NCBI GenBank assembly: GCA_049967855.1
Contig: JBMFRX010000014.1
Coordinates: forward strand, 1 to 30,643
Length of the DNA stretch: 30,643 nucleotides
Source of the DNA: Caldisericaceae bacterium
GTDB lineage: Bacteria > Caldisericota > Caldisericia > Caldisericales > Caldisericaceae
Reading direction: 5' to 3'
Shown here: positions 1-8,741 of the stretch, one piece after another
How the letters are laid out: each line of letters starts with the position of its first letter
How positions within the stretch are numbered: the first letter of the stretch is position 1
The notes under the pieces: generated by a model
The model's input: the letters and a program-made list of their open reading frames with translations, nothing else
Database searches by the model: none
What the model was told of the DNA's origin: nothing
Program-made: the position numbers and the translations under genes

Positions 1-91
1 ACTTGACATAAATATCCCTGCACCTCCATAGTTATCAATAAAGTGGGGATTTTGGGATCTAAGGCAATTATTTAGGAATTTTACATCGCTT

Positions 92-119
92 AGAGGGAGA
101 CTCAGTCTCCCTCTTTTTT
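92..119 (+). terminator. Rho-independent terminator of an upstream transcript
   Basis: Perfect stem AGAGGGAGAC-tca-GTCTCCCTCT followed by TTTTT. Confidence 0.85.
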
Positions 120-161
120 AGACTAATCAACAGATAATTCATCGAAAATTCATACACCATG

Positions 162-189
162 TTGACTAAAAGGAATATTCCCTTATAAT
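162..189 (+). promoter_or_regulatory. Sigma70-type promoter of the rrf2-mrp-CDF operon
   Basis: TTGACT (162-167), 16-nt spacer, TATAAT (184-189); GGAGG RBS before the ATG at 227. Confidence 0.7.
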
Positions 190-209
190 ATTACGAGAGA
201 TGTAATATT
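187..209. promoter_or_regulatory. Candidate Rrf2 operator (8-7-8 inverted repeat)
   Basis: AATATTAC-gagagat-GTAATATT overlapping the -10 box and the likely start site. Confidence 0.45.
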
Positions 210-226
210 TTATGGAGGAAAATTAA

Positions 227-634
227 ATGATTGTAACAACCCTTGAAGGGTATGCAGTAAAAGCTCTTATATACATAGCTAACAGGAAGGATAGGCGTGC
301 AACCATCAAAGAGATTTCGGAACAAAACAGAATCTCATTCCCGTATATTTTGAGAATCTGCTCCATGCTCAGACAGAAAGGAATATTGGAGAGCATAAAA
401 GGAAGAAATGGTGGGTATGTTTTATCAAGAGACCCGTCTTCGATTTCGCTATTTGAAATAATTTCAGCGGTGCACAGGCAAACCGTTGAAATAAAATGTG
501 ATTACGGTGAAAGAGTTGGGCTTAATTGCTTCCAGACTGATTGCATTTCAATGGCTGCCTGGGAAAAGATAAAAGTTAAAATCGATGAACTTTTTTTAAA
601 AATAAAATTATCAGATTTACTGGAAAGGAGTTAG
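227..634 (+). CDS. Rrf2-family transcriptional regulator, probably Fe-S binding
   Basis: YAVKAL..., wHTH, GILESIKGRNGGYVL motif, three C-terminal Cys. Confidence 0.9.
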   Translation: MIVTTLEGYAVKALIYIANRKDRRATIKEISEQNRISFPYILRICSMLRQKGILESIKGRNGGYVLSRDPSSISLFEIISAVHRQTVEIKCDYGERVGLNCFQTDCISMAAWEKIKVKIDELFLKIKLSDLLERS

Positions 635-636
635 AA

Positions 637-1644
637 ATGCCGTTACTACAAACACAAGTAATTGATGTTCTTAAAACACTTTTCGTTCCAAATGAAAAGA
701 AAATGCTGCTTTCACTTGGCTCGCTAAATGAGGCGACAGTTGAAGGCAATGAGGTCCACATTTCAATAATGATGCCACAACTGCCTGAAGAAACGCTCTC
801 AGCAGTGAAGACATTGATTGAAAGAAAGTTAAAGGACTTAGGAGCTGAAACTGTCGATGTAGAATTTACCTTTAAAAGGCAGCAAAACATTAAATACATC
901 GTTGCAATAGGCTCAGGTAAGGGTGGGGTAGGTAAATCAACCGTTACAACAAATCTTGCTGTGGCGTTAGCAAAGAGTGGCAAGAAAGTCGGACTTCTCG
1001 ATGCCGACATTTATGGTCCAAACATTCCTTTGATGTTTGGTATTAATGAGCTTCCTAGAGTTAACGAAGAGCGTAGAATGATTCCAATAGAGAAATTTGG
1101 AGTAAAAATTATGTCAATTGGATTCCTTCTTGAGGGCTCTTCAACACCTGTTATATGGAGAGGGCCACTCGCCACAAAAGCACTTGAACAGTTCTACAAC
1201 GACGTTGAGTGGGGAGATCTTGACTTTCTTTTAATTGACCTCCCACCAGGAACAGGAGATGTTTCGCTTACAATAGCCCAATCTCTGCCTACAAAATATG
1301 GTATTATTGTAACAACTCCTCAGGATGTATCAGTGCTTGACGCTTCCAAAGCACTTTCAATGTTCCAAAAGATGAACATTAATGTAATAGGAGTTGTCGA
1401 GAATATGTCATACTTCATCTGTCCAAAGAGTGGAGAGGAAGTAGAAATCTTTGGCAAGGGCGGTGGAGACAGGTTATCTCTTGAGTTCAATGTTCATATG
1501 CTTGGCAAGGTCCCTATGGAAGTTAGTGTTCGAGAGGGAGGCGACTCAGGAGCGCCAGCTGTTTTGTTTGAAGGAGATTCAAAATCAAAAGCTGCTTTTG
1601 ATGAAATTGCACGAAACGTCACGGAATATCTGGAGGCAATGTAA
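637..1644 (+). CDS. mrp: Mrp/NBP35 (ApbC) Fe-S cluster carrier ATPase
   Basis: GKGGVGKS, DADIYGP, WRGP, DLPPGTGD and ENMS motifs. Confidence 0.95.
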   Translation: MPLLQTQVIDVLKTLFVPNEKKMLLSLGSLNEATVEGNEVHISIMMPQLPEETLSAVKTLIERKLKDLGAETVDVEFTFKRQQNIKYIVAIGSGKGGVGKSTVTTNLAVALAKSGKKVGLLDADIYGPNIPLMFGINELPRVNEERRMIPIEKFGVKIMSIGFLLEGSSTPVIWRGPLATKALEQFYNDVEWGDLDFLLIDLPPGTGDVSLTIAQSLPTKYGIIVTTPQDVSVLDASKALSMFQKMNINVIGVVENMSYFICPKSGEEVEIFGKGGGDRLSLEFNVHMLGKVPMEVSVREGGDSGAPAVLFEGDSKSKAAFDEIARNVTEYLEAM

Positions 1645-2538
1645 TTGAATAAAGAAGAATTCCAAAGCTCAGGGAGGCGAAGAGTCTTCTATTCGATTCT
1701 ATTAAACATACTTATTACCGTAGCTGAATTTGTCGGAGGGATTTTTTCGGGAAGTCTCGCCCTTATCTCTGATTCTTTGCACAATTTATCTGATACTGTT
1801 GCGGGCATACTTACCTTTTGGACACTTAAACTATCAACAAAAGCACGTAATGAGAAATACACCTTTGGCTACAAGCGTGCAGAAATAATTTCAGCTTTCG
1901 TAAATAGCTCTGTACTTATCGTGTTGGCTGTGCTGCTTCTGAGAGAAGCTGTTTTAAGATTTGCTCATCCTGAAACCGTAAGCGGCGGAATTATGTTGCC
2001 TGTTGCAATAATTGGCTTGCTTGCTAATAGCGCAAGTGCATTATTCCTGCACGGGCACGCCAAACACAACCTCAACATAAGAAGCGAGTACTTGCATCTT
2101 TTATCAGACGCTCTTTCTTCGGTCGCAGTTGTAATTGGTGGTATCATAATTGCAATATGGAAAATATCCTGGATTGACCCTGTGCTTACCGTTATAATAG
2201 CAATTTATATGTCCTATGAAAGCATCGAGATTCTAAAAGAAACGCTAAATATTCTGATGGAGAGCTGTCCATCATCCATTAGAATCCCCGACATAGAGCA
2301 AGATGTTCTTAAAATAGATGGCGTCAAGGATATTCACCACATTCACGTGTGGAAGCTTTCCGATGAAGACACTCTTTTTGAAGCACACGTAAATGTATCA
2401 AACGTTAACGTGGAAGATACCAAAACAATCAGAGAAGCTATTGAAAAAATGCTCAAAGAAAATTACGAGATAAACCATTCAACAATTCAATTTGAATTCA
2501 ACGAGCATTTAACTGATGGTTTGATAAAAGCAAATTAA
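1645..2538 (+). CDS. Cation diffusion facilitator (CzcD/ZitB-like Zn/Co/Cd exporter)
   Basis: SLALISDSLHNLSD, TFGYKRAE, HLLSD and C-terminal HIHVW; TTG start with GGAGG. Confidence 0.9.
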   Translation: MNKEEFQSSGRRRVFYSILLNILITVAEFVGGIFSGSLALISDSLHNLSDTVAGILTFWTLKLSTKARNEKYTFGYKRAEIISAFVNSSVLIVLAVLLLREAVLRFAHPETVSGGIMLPVAIIGLLANSASALFLHGHAKHNLNIRSEYLHLLSDALSSVAVVIGGIIIAIWKISWIDPVLTVIIAIYMSYESIEILKETLNILMESCPSSIRIPDIEQDVLKIDGVKDIHHIHVWKLSDEDTLFEAHVNVSNVNVEDTKTIREAIEKMLKENYEINHSTIQFEFNEHLTDGLIKAN

Positions 2539-2558
2539 AATCAGGCTAAAATAATTAG

Positions 2559-2592
2559 GGCGTGCTCATTTGATATAGTGGGCACGCCTTTT
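2559..2592 (+). terminator. Rho-independent terminator after the CDF gene
   Basis: GGCGTGCTCA...TGGGCACGCC stem followed by TTTT. Confidence 0.7.
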
Positions 2593-2860
2593 GCTTGCAG
2601 ACAACCTCCATATTACAAAAAGTCAATCCAGGGCTCATTAACTGAAATTCGTCAATCCTGTGCTGCATTAATGGAGCTTTACTGAACCAAAATATTGTGA
2701 TGGCAAGAAATTCTTCTTAAGCCTTATTTCACCGTGTTGCACCGATGAGGAGTACAAACTTTTGTCAACTATGCTTTTACATTAATGGGAGTTTGTTTCA
2801 TTTCTGTCTCACCCAATTAACCACAAATCAAAGCAAGACTGCGGCAAGAAATCCACAAAC

Positions 2861-2888
2861 TTGAAAATCTTGATAAAAATGTTATGAT
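2861..2888 (+). promoter_or_regulatory. Putative promoter of the 7TM-HD/ybeY operon
   Basis: TTGAAA, 16 nt, TATGAT with an extended TGn element. Confidence 0.45.
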
Positions 2889-2974
2889 ATATTATACGAT
2901 GGAAGATAATGCAGATAGTTCAAGTGAATGTAACACTTGTAGTATAGAGACAATCGGTAGAGGGAGACTTTCTT

Positions 2975-5059
2975 ATGTCTCAGGTTAAGAGTTTTTTTAC
3001 GGGTTTTCATTTCAAAACGCCAAGTTCCGATGGAATTAGGGAGTGGCTTGTAATTCTAATTTACGGTTTTGTGGTGTTTCTCACTGCGTATTTTCTTACG
3101 TTTTATTCTTATTCCACGACTCTGCCCAGGCTTGAAGTTGGAAGCGTTGCCCCTGAGAATATCACTGCACCAAAGACTATAACATACACCGACATTGACA
3201 AGACAAATCAATTAAGACAGGCTGTTTCAGACGCGACCCAGTCGATTTACAAGTTCTCTCCTCAGAAACAAACAGAGGTTCTAAATAACTTTGAGATTCT
3301 TTTCGGAAAAATTGAAAACACGCTTTCATCTAGCGCAAAGGAGCAGGAAAAACTTTCTCAGCTTACTTTGGATTTTAATGGAAATGAAGACCTTGCAAAG
3401 ACTCTTCTAAAGACACCCAAAGACGACATTGTTACAATGGAAAACCTTTTAAGCACAACTGCCTCAAGCTTATTTATTAATGGCGTAAGAAGCGATACTT
3501 TGAGCCAATCACTAAACGCAGGTATCGAAAAAATAAAACAATCAAAACTACCAACCGACGAGCAAGCAGTCACAATTTATATCTTCAAGCAGTTTATGCA
3601 ACCAAACCTTATATTTGATTCAGACGCTACAGAGAAGGCAAAACAAGATGCTATGAAAGCTGTTCCGCCCGTAAGAGTAACAATACAGCAGGGAACTATT
3701 GTTGTAGAGAAAGGAGACACAATAACTCAAGATGATATTGACCTTCTTAATACGCTTGGCATAATAAGAGGAAGTGACTTCTGGAGAAATATTCTCTTAT
3801 TTATGTTAGCAGTGTCGGGCTTTGTACTGATTTCGATTTCATCTCTGAGGAAATTCATTCACAACAGACCAATCTCATTTACCAAAAAAATTCTGGAACT
3901 TTTGATTGTTGTTCTTATAACTTATGTCACTCTTTACCTTACCAAGAATGTTTCTTATTATCTAATTCCTATACCGCTCTTTGCAATGATAATATTTGAA
4001 TTCACTGATTTTGCAACTATGCTTGTCCTTACGGTTGCTTTGTCTTTTGTTGTCTCATTTTCAATCGAAATGCCTTCGTTTGTCCTTGTTTCAATGTTAG
4101 CAGCACTTATTTTAAATATTTACGCCCTCAAGAAGACAAACAAGATTGTCTCTTTCATTTATGCAAGCATACTGGCAGCGCTATTTTTCGGTATTGCCTC
4201 TTTTGCTTACAGCATAATTACTAAAGAGGTTTTTTCAACTTGTGCGGTAAACTTCCTGTATAGTTTTGCAAACTTTTTTGTTTCCGCCATTGCTTCTATT
4301 GGCATCGTCTTTATAATGGAGCACCTTTTCAATGAAATCACAATTATGCGTTTGCTTGAACTGAGCGACACTAACAACCAACTTATGAAGGAATTACTTA
4401 TAAAGGCTCCTGGGACTTACCAGCATAGTATGCTTGTCGCAAATATTGCAAGCAATGCAGCTGAAGCGATAGGGGCTGACTCACTTCTCACAAAAGTTGG
4501 CGGCTACTACCATGATATTGGCAAAATGAATCATCCATACTTCTTTACCGAAAACCAGAGCGGCATACCAAACATACACAACACTTTGTCGCCAAATCTC
4601 AGCAAATCAGTCATAATAAACCATGTTAAAGATGGTGTCGCAATTGCAAAACAATTCAGATTGCCTAAAGAGATTATTGACTTCATAGAAACTCACCACG
4701 GAAAAACAGTCGTAACATATTTCTATCACAAAGCAAAGGAGGTTGACCCATCTGTCAGCAAAGATGATTATCGTTATCCTGGACCACTGCCTCAGACGAA
4801 AGAGACGGCGATCCTCTTTTTTGCAGATGCTGTTGAAGCAGCAGCTCACAGTCTTGAAGAAGTTGACTTCAGAAAGATAGAAGAACTTGTAAACACTATA
4901 GTGGACGAACGCGTTAATGACGGACAACTTGACGAATCAGCCATCACATTTAGCGAACTCAGGACTATAAAGGATTCGCTTGTGAAAAGCATTGTTTCTA
5001 TATACCACAGGAGAGAAAAATACCCAAATGAACAAGAGAGCGTTAACAATTCAAATTAG
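2975..5059 (+). CDS. pgpH: 7TM-HD membrane phosphohydrolase (PgpH/YqfF-like c-di-AMP phosphodiesterase)
   Basis: N-terminal TM, extracellular domain, 7 TM, then HD domain (HSMLVA, YHDIGK, THHGKT, ADAVEAA); directly upstream of ybeY as in Firmicutes. Confidence 0.85.
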   Translation: MSQVKSFFTGFHFKTPSSDGIREWLVILIYGFVVFLTAYFLTFYSYSTTLPRLEVGSVAPENITAPKTITYTDIDKTNQLRQAVSDATQSIYKFSPQKQTEVLNNFEILFGKIENTLSSSAKEQEKLSQLTLDFNGNEDLAKTLLKTPKDDIVTMENLLSTTASSLFINGVRSDTLSQSLNAGIEKIKQSKLPTDEQAVTIYIFKQFMQPNLIFDSDATEKAKQDAMKAVPPVRVTIQQGTIVVEKGDTITQDDIDLLNTLGIIRGSDFWRNILLFMLAVSGFVLISISSLRKFIHNRPISFTKKILELLIVVLITYVTLYLTKNVSYYLIPIPLFAMIIFEFTDFATMLVLTVALSFVVSFSIEMPSFVLVSMLAALILNIYALKKTNKIVSFIYASILAALFFGIASFAYSIITKEVFSTCAVNFLYSFANFFVSAIASIGIVFIMEHLFNEITIMRLLELSDTNNQLMKELLIKAPGTYQHSMLVANIASNAAEAIGADSLLTKVGGYYHDIGKMNHPYFFTENQSGIPNIHNTLSPNLSKSVIINHVKDGVAIAKQFRLPKEIIDFIETHHGKTVVTYFYHKAKEVDPSVSKDDYRYPGPLPQTKETAILFFADAVEAAAHSLEEVDFRKIEELVNTIVDERVNDGQLDESAITFSELRTIKDSLVKSIVSIYHRREKYPNEQESVNNSN

Positions 5060-5495
5060 AAACGCAACCCGCAAATTCAAAGTAAACAAGAAGGCGTTGA
5101 CTTACAACATATCAAACATAGTTTCAAGGCTCAAGATAGATTATGACCTAACCCTTGACGTATCCTTTGTTGGAAAGAAAAAAATAAGTGAGATGAATGC
5201 AAAATTCAGGCAAAAGAATCGCCCTACAAACGTTCTCTCCTTCAGCGACAGAATCGCAAACAACCCGAAAAAACGCATAGGCGAAATACTTCTCTGCCCG
5301 TTAGTTGCAGAGAATGAAGCAATAAGAGACGGAAACGGTTTCAACGATTACGTAGGCTTCTTGTTGATACACGGCATACTGCATATTGTGGGATTTGACC
5401 ATCAGACTGATAAAGAGCGAAAGCAAATGGAAGAACTGGAGGAGTCAATCTTCAGAAGCTTCGAAATGCGGCAGTTTATAAGGAAATGGAGTTAA
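5028..5495 (+). CDS. ybeY: rRNA maturation RNase YbeY
   Basis: PTNVLSF and HGILHIVGFDH zinc motif; start moved to ATG 5028. Confidence 0.92.
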   Translation: MNKRALTIQIRNATRKFKVNKKALTYNISNIVSRLKIDYDLTLDVSFVGKKKISEMNAKFRQKNRPTNVLSFSDRIANNPKKRIGEILLCPLVAENEAIRDGNGFNDYVGFLLIHGILHIVGFDHQTDKERKQMEELEESIFRSFEMRQFIRKWS

Positions 5496-5496
5496 A

Positions 5497-6756
5497 ATGG
5501 GTGTTGCCATTACAATAATAATTCTTGTGGCTCTGGTACTTTTTTCGGCACTTTTCACAGTGATTGAATCTGCTTTTTTCAATTCGTCTTTCTCGAGACT
5601 TGAACTCAAGACAAAGAGCAACCCCAATGCCGAGAAAATAGTCAATTTCAAGAAAAATCCTGATAGGTTTATAAGCACGGTGGTTCTGGGAAACAACTTT
5701 GTGAATATACTCTTCTCTGCTTTGCTTACATACTTTGCGCTTAAAATCTCCTCAACGTACTCCATAAATTCCTCAATTTCAATTACACTTTCCACCATAA
5801 TAGCAACTGTAATAATTGTCATTTTTGGCGAGACAATACCAAAGAATATTGGAGCTTTCAACGCAGAAGGCATTGCACTTGCACTGTACCCCTTTTTCAG
5901 GGTTTTCTGGTATATACTTTCGCCTTTTGTTTTTATTGTATCAGGTTTATCAAATGGGGTCTTAAAGCTGCTTAAAGTTGATACCTCATCAAAGAAGGTA
6001 TTTGACTCCCAGGAAGAGGTTATCTCGATGATTCAGATAGGAAAAGAGGAAGGCGTAATAGAAAAAGCAGAAGAAAAAATGATATACAGCATCTTTGAAT
6101 TTGGCGACACAATTGTTGCCGACGTAATGACACCAAGAGTAGATATAGTTGCGCTTCCCGTTACAGCAACCAAAGAAGATGTGCTTAAGACTATTACTGA
6201 AACTGGCCATTCGCGTATTCCTGTATACGAGGAGCAAATTGATGACATAAAGGGTATACTTTATATTAAGGATTTTATCAAGCTAATGGCAGATGGAACC
6301 AATTTTGACCTCTCAAGCATTGTAAGAAACGCCTACTTTGTACCAGAGACAAAAAGAGTTGATGAGCTCTTCACCGAGATGCAAAAAGGCAAGATTCAGA
6401 TTGCAATGGTATTTGATGAGTACGGAGGAATATCAGGGCTTATAACAATTGAAGACATCCTTGAAGAGATTGTAGGCGAAATATCAGATGAACATGAAAA
6501 AGAAGAGAAGGATATCGAAAAAATCGGTGAAAACGCTTTTCTCGTGTCTGGCGCAGTTACCATAGATGAATTCAACGAGGCTTTTCATAGCGATTTTTCT
6601 GACGAGGAAGCATCAACAATCGGTGGAATTATCCTTTCAAAACTTGGCAGGCTGCCAAACCCTGGAGAAGAAATAAACATCGACAAATTCAAATTTATAA
6701 TTAGCAAAATCAAGGACAGAAGAATTATTAAAATTAAAGTAATCATTATGAAATAG
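5497..6756 (+). CDS. HlyC/CorC (CNNM, CBS pair, CorC) Mg/Co transporter-family protein
   Basis: FGETIPK, VMTPRVDI, HSRIPVY, DEYGG..GLITIEDILEEIVGEI. Confidence 0.92.
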   Translation: MGVAITIIILVALVLFSALFTVIESAFFNSSFSRLELKTKSNPNAEKIVNFKKNPDRFISTVVLGNNFVNILFSALLTYFALKISSTYSINSSISITLSTIIATVIIVIFGETIPKNIGAFNAEGIALALYPFFRVFWYILSPFVFIVSGLSNGVLKLLKVDTSSKKVFDSQEEVISMIQIGKEEGVIEKAEEKMIYSIFEFGDTIVADVMTPRVDIVALPVTATKEDVLKTITETGHSRIPVYEEQIDDIKGILYIKDFIKLMADGTNFDLSSIVRNAYFVPETKRVDELFTEMQKGKIQIAMVFDEYGGISGLITIEDILEEIVGEISDEHEKEEKDIEKIGENAFLVSGAVTIDEFNEAFHSDFSDEEASTIGGIILSKLGRLPNPGEEINIDKFKFIISKIKDRRIIKIKVIIMK

Positions 6757-6770
6757 AAAAAGGAAGGATT

Positions 6771-7166
6771 ATGAAAGAAAAACTAATCGAAGAAGCAACA
6801 AAGGCAATGGAACATGCTTATGTGCCTTATTCTAATTTTAGAGTTGGTGCAGCAGTTCTGATGAAATCAGGCAAAATTTATACTGGGGCAAATATCGAAA
6901 ATTCCAGTTACGGTGCGACTGTTTGCGCAGAAAGAGTAGCAATTTTCAAAGCGATAAGTGAAGGAGAAACTGAAATTGAGGAAATCGCCGTTGTAACTGA
7001 AACGGAAACCCCTTCGTCACCGTGCGGGATATGCAGGCAAGTAATTGCAGAATTTTCAGATAATGCAAAGATTATCCTTGCGAACACAAAAGGCAAAGTC
7101 ATAGAAACATCTCTTTCAGAATTACTACCAATGGCTTTCACAAAAAAAGACCTACATAATAAATAG
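6771..7166 (+). CDS. cdd: Cytidine deaminase (homotetrameric type)
   Basis: PYSNFRVGAA, CAERVA, PCGICRQ. Confidence 0.96.
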   Translation: MKEKLIEEATKAMEHAYVPYSNFRVGAAVLMKSGKIYTGANIENSSYGATVCAERVAIFKAISEGETEIEEIAVVTETETPSSPCGICRQVIAEFSDNAKIILANTKGKVIETSLSELLPMAFTKKDLHNK

Positions 7167-7175
7167 GAGAAAGAA

Positions 7176-7937
7176 ATGAAAAAAACGATTCTTGCAGGGA
7201 ATTGGAAAATGAACAAGACAATTGAAGAAAGTATTGCTTTTGGTAAATGCATTACAAACTCATTAAAAGAAGGAGGCCCTCTCGTCATTATTTTTCCTCC
7301 CTTCACTAGCATCAGCTATTTGAATGAAGTCCTTAAAGGCTCAGGCATTTTACTTGGAGCTCAGAATATGCACTATGAAGAAAATGGTGCTTTTACTGGA
7401 GAAATATCTCCTTCTATGCTTAAAGATGCTGGAGCAAGCTACGTTTTGATAGGCCACTCAGAACGAAGGCACATTTTTGGGGAAGACGATGAACTCCTTT
7501 CTCTTAAAATGCAGACTGCTATAAAAGACGGGCTCGTTCCTGTCCTTTGCGTTGGAGAAACCTTGTACGAGCGCAAGAACAATCTGACCGAATCTGTTAT
7601 TTCAAGGCAACTCACAATAGGGCTGTCTCTGGTGAAAGACACAGAGAATTTTGTTATCGCTTACGAGCCTGTTTGGGCAATTGGAACTGGCATCAACGCA
7701 ACCCCAGTTGAAGCAGAAGAAGTACACAATAACATACGCCAAACTCTGGGTAAGATGTACGGAGAAAATGTTGCAAGCAATATCTCAATACTCTATGGAG
7801 GGAGCGTCAAACCAGACAATATTGAAAGCCTTGCAAAAATGGATGATATCGATGGAGCATTGGTTGGTGGAGCAAGCCTCGAATGCGAAACATTCCTGCT
7901 ACTTTTGGAAAAACTAAAAAGTGCTAAAATGTTATGA
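7176..7937 (+). CDS. tpiA: Triosephosphate isomerase
   Basis: AGNWKM, GHSERR, AYEPVWAIGTG, YGGSV. Confidence 0.98.
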   Translation: MKKTILAGNWKMNKTIEESIAFGKCITNSLKEGGPLVIIFPPFTSISYLNEVLKGSGILLGAQNMHYEENGAFTGEISPSMLKDAGASYVLIGHSERRHIFGEDDELLSLKMQTAIKDGLVPVLCVGETLYERKNNLTESVISRQLTIGLSLVKDTENFVIAYEPVWAIGTGINATPVEAEEVHNNIRQTLGKMYGENVASNISILYGGSVKPDNIESLAKMDDIDGALVGGASLECETFLLLLEKLKSAKML

Positions 7938-7957
7938 AATAAAACGGGGAGGGAAAA

Positions 7958-8329
7958 ATGGAAAAACAAGATTTAGAAAAAGCAGCAAAGTCAGTTTCTA
8001 AAGAAGCAGCAGAGACTGTTAAGAAAGCTGTTGCTGGAGCAAAGGAAACAGCAGAGCAAGCAGCAAAGACTGTGAAAACTGCAGCTGTTGAGGCAAAAGA
8101 TGTTGGAATCAAGGCTGCCGCAAAGACAAAAGAGGTGCTTGCAGAAACCGAAAAAAGCTCAGTAACCGTTGCCAAAGATGTTGCAGAAACTGGTAAGATT
8201 GCTGTAAGCGGAGCAGTTGAAACGGGAAAAAAGGCTGTTGAAGAGGCAAAGAAAGTTGCAGAGCAAGCAAAAAAGACTTTAGATTCAGCAGCGTCAGAAG
8301 CAAAGAAAGTGAAAAGACACTGCAAGTGA
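7958..8329 (+). CDS. Ala/Lys/Glu-rich helical-repeat hypothetical protein
   Basis: Strong GGGAGG RBS, co-oriented with neighbours, 11-residue periodicity. Confidence 0.7.
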   Translation: MEKQDLEKAAKSVSKEAAETVKKAVAGAKETAEQAAKTVKTAAVEAKDVGIKAAAKTKEVLAETEKSSVTVAKDVAETGKIAVSGAVETGKKAVEEAKKVAEQAKKTLDSAASEAKKVKRHCK

Positions 8330-8351
8330 GCTTTTAACTTAGGAGGTTAAA

Positions 8352-8735
8352 ATGAGCGATTTTTTTGACAAACTGAAGAAGGGAGCAAAAGAAACTGGTG
8401 AAAGAGCTTCAATTCTTGCAAAAATTGGTGGCATCAAAACACAAATTTCAAGTATCGGAATAAAGAAAAACGGCAAACTTGGAGACCTTGGGAGAAAAGT
8501 TTATGCACTGTTCACTGAGGGAAAACTGCCAGACGAGATTACAGCAGTACTTAAGGCAGAACTTGATGAGATAGTTGGCCTTGACAAGGAAGTGGAAAAA
8601 CTTAACGAAGAGACGGCAAAACTCAATGAAGATTTGAAAAAAGTTGGGGCAGCCGAACAGGAAACAGAGCCTCCAAGCCAACCTGAGGAGCCAAAGCAAG
8701 AGGAGCCAAAGCCTGAGGAGCCAAAGCAAGATTGA
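8352..8735 (+). CDS. Hypothetical coiled-coil protein with an EEPK-repeat tail
   Basis: AGGAGG RBS; amphipathic N-terminus MSDFFDKLKKG; coiled coil. Confidence 0.8.
   Translation: MSDFFDKLKKGAKETGERASILAKIGGIKTQISSIGIKKNGKLGDLGRKVYALFTEGKLPDEITAVLKAELDEIVGLDKEVEKLNEETAKLNEDLKKVGAAEQETEPPSQPEEPKQEEPKPEEPKQD
8682..8730 (+). repeat. Three in-frame 15-nt tandem units GAGGAGCCAAAGC(AA/CT)
   Basis: Units at 8685, 8700 and 8715 encode EEPKQ/EEPKP. Confidence 0.9.
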
Positions 8736-8741
8736 CCTGCT

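Noticed and set aside
1..31. Possible 3' end of an upstream gene (...LDINIPAPP*)
   Set aside because: Too short to support, although it is consistent with the terminator at 92-119.
2600..2970. c-di-AMP (ydaO) riboswitch upstream of the pgpH-like gene
   Set aside because: I could not find the conserved ydaO sequence blocks or paired helices by eye.
2899..2988. 29-codon ORF MEDNADSSSECNTCS... overlapping the pgpH start
   Set aside because: No RBS, no recognisable family, and it overlaps the pgpH RBS and start; likely chance.
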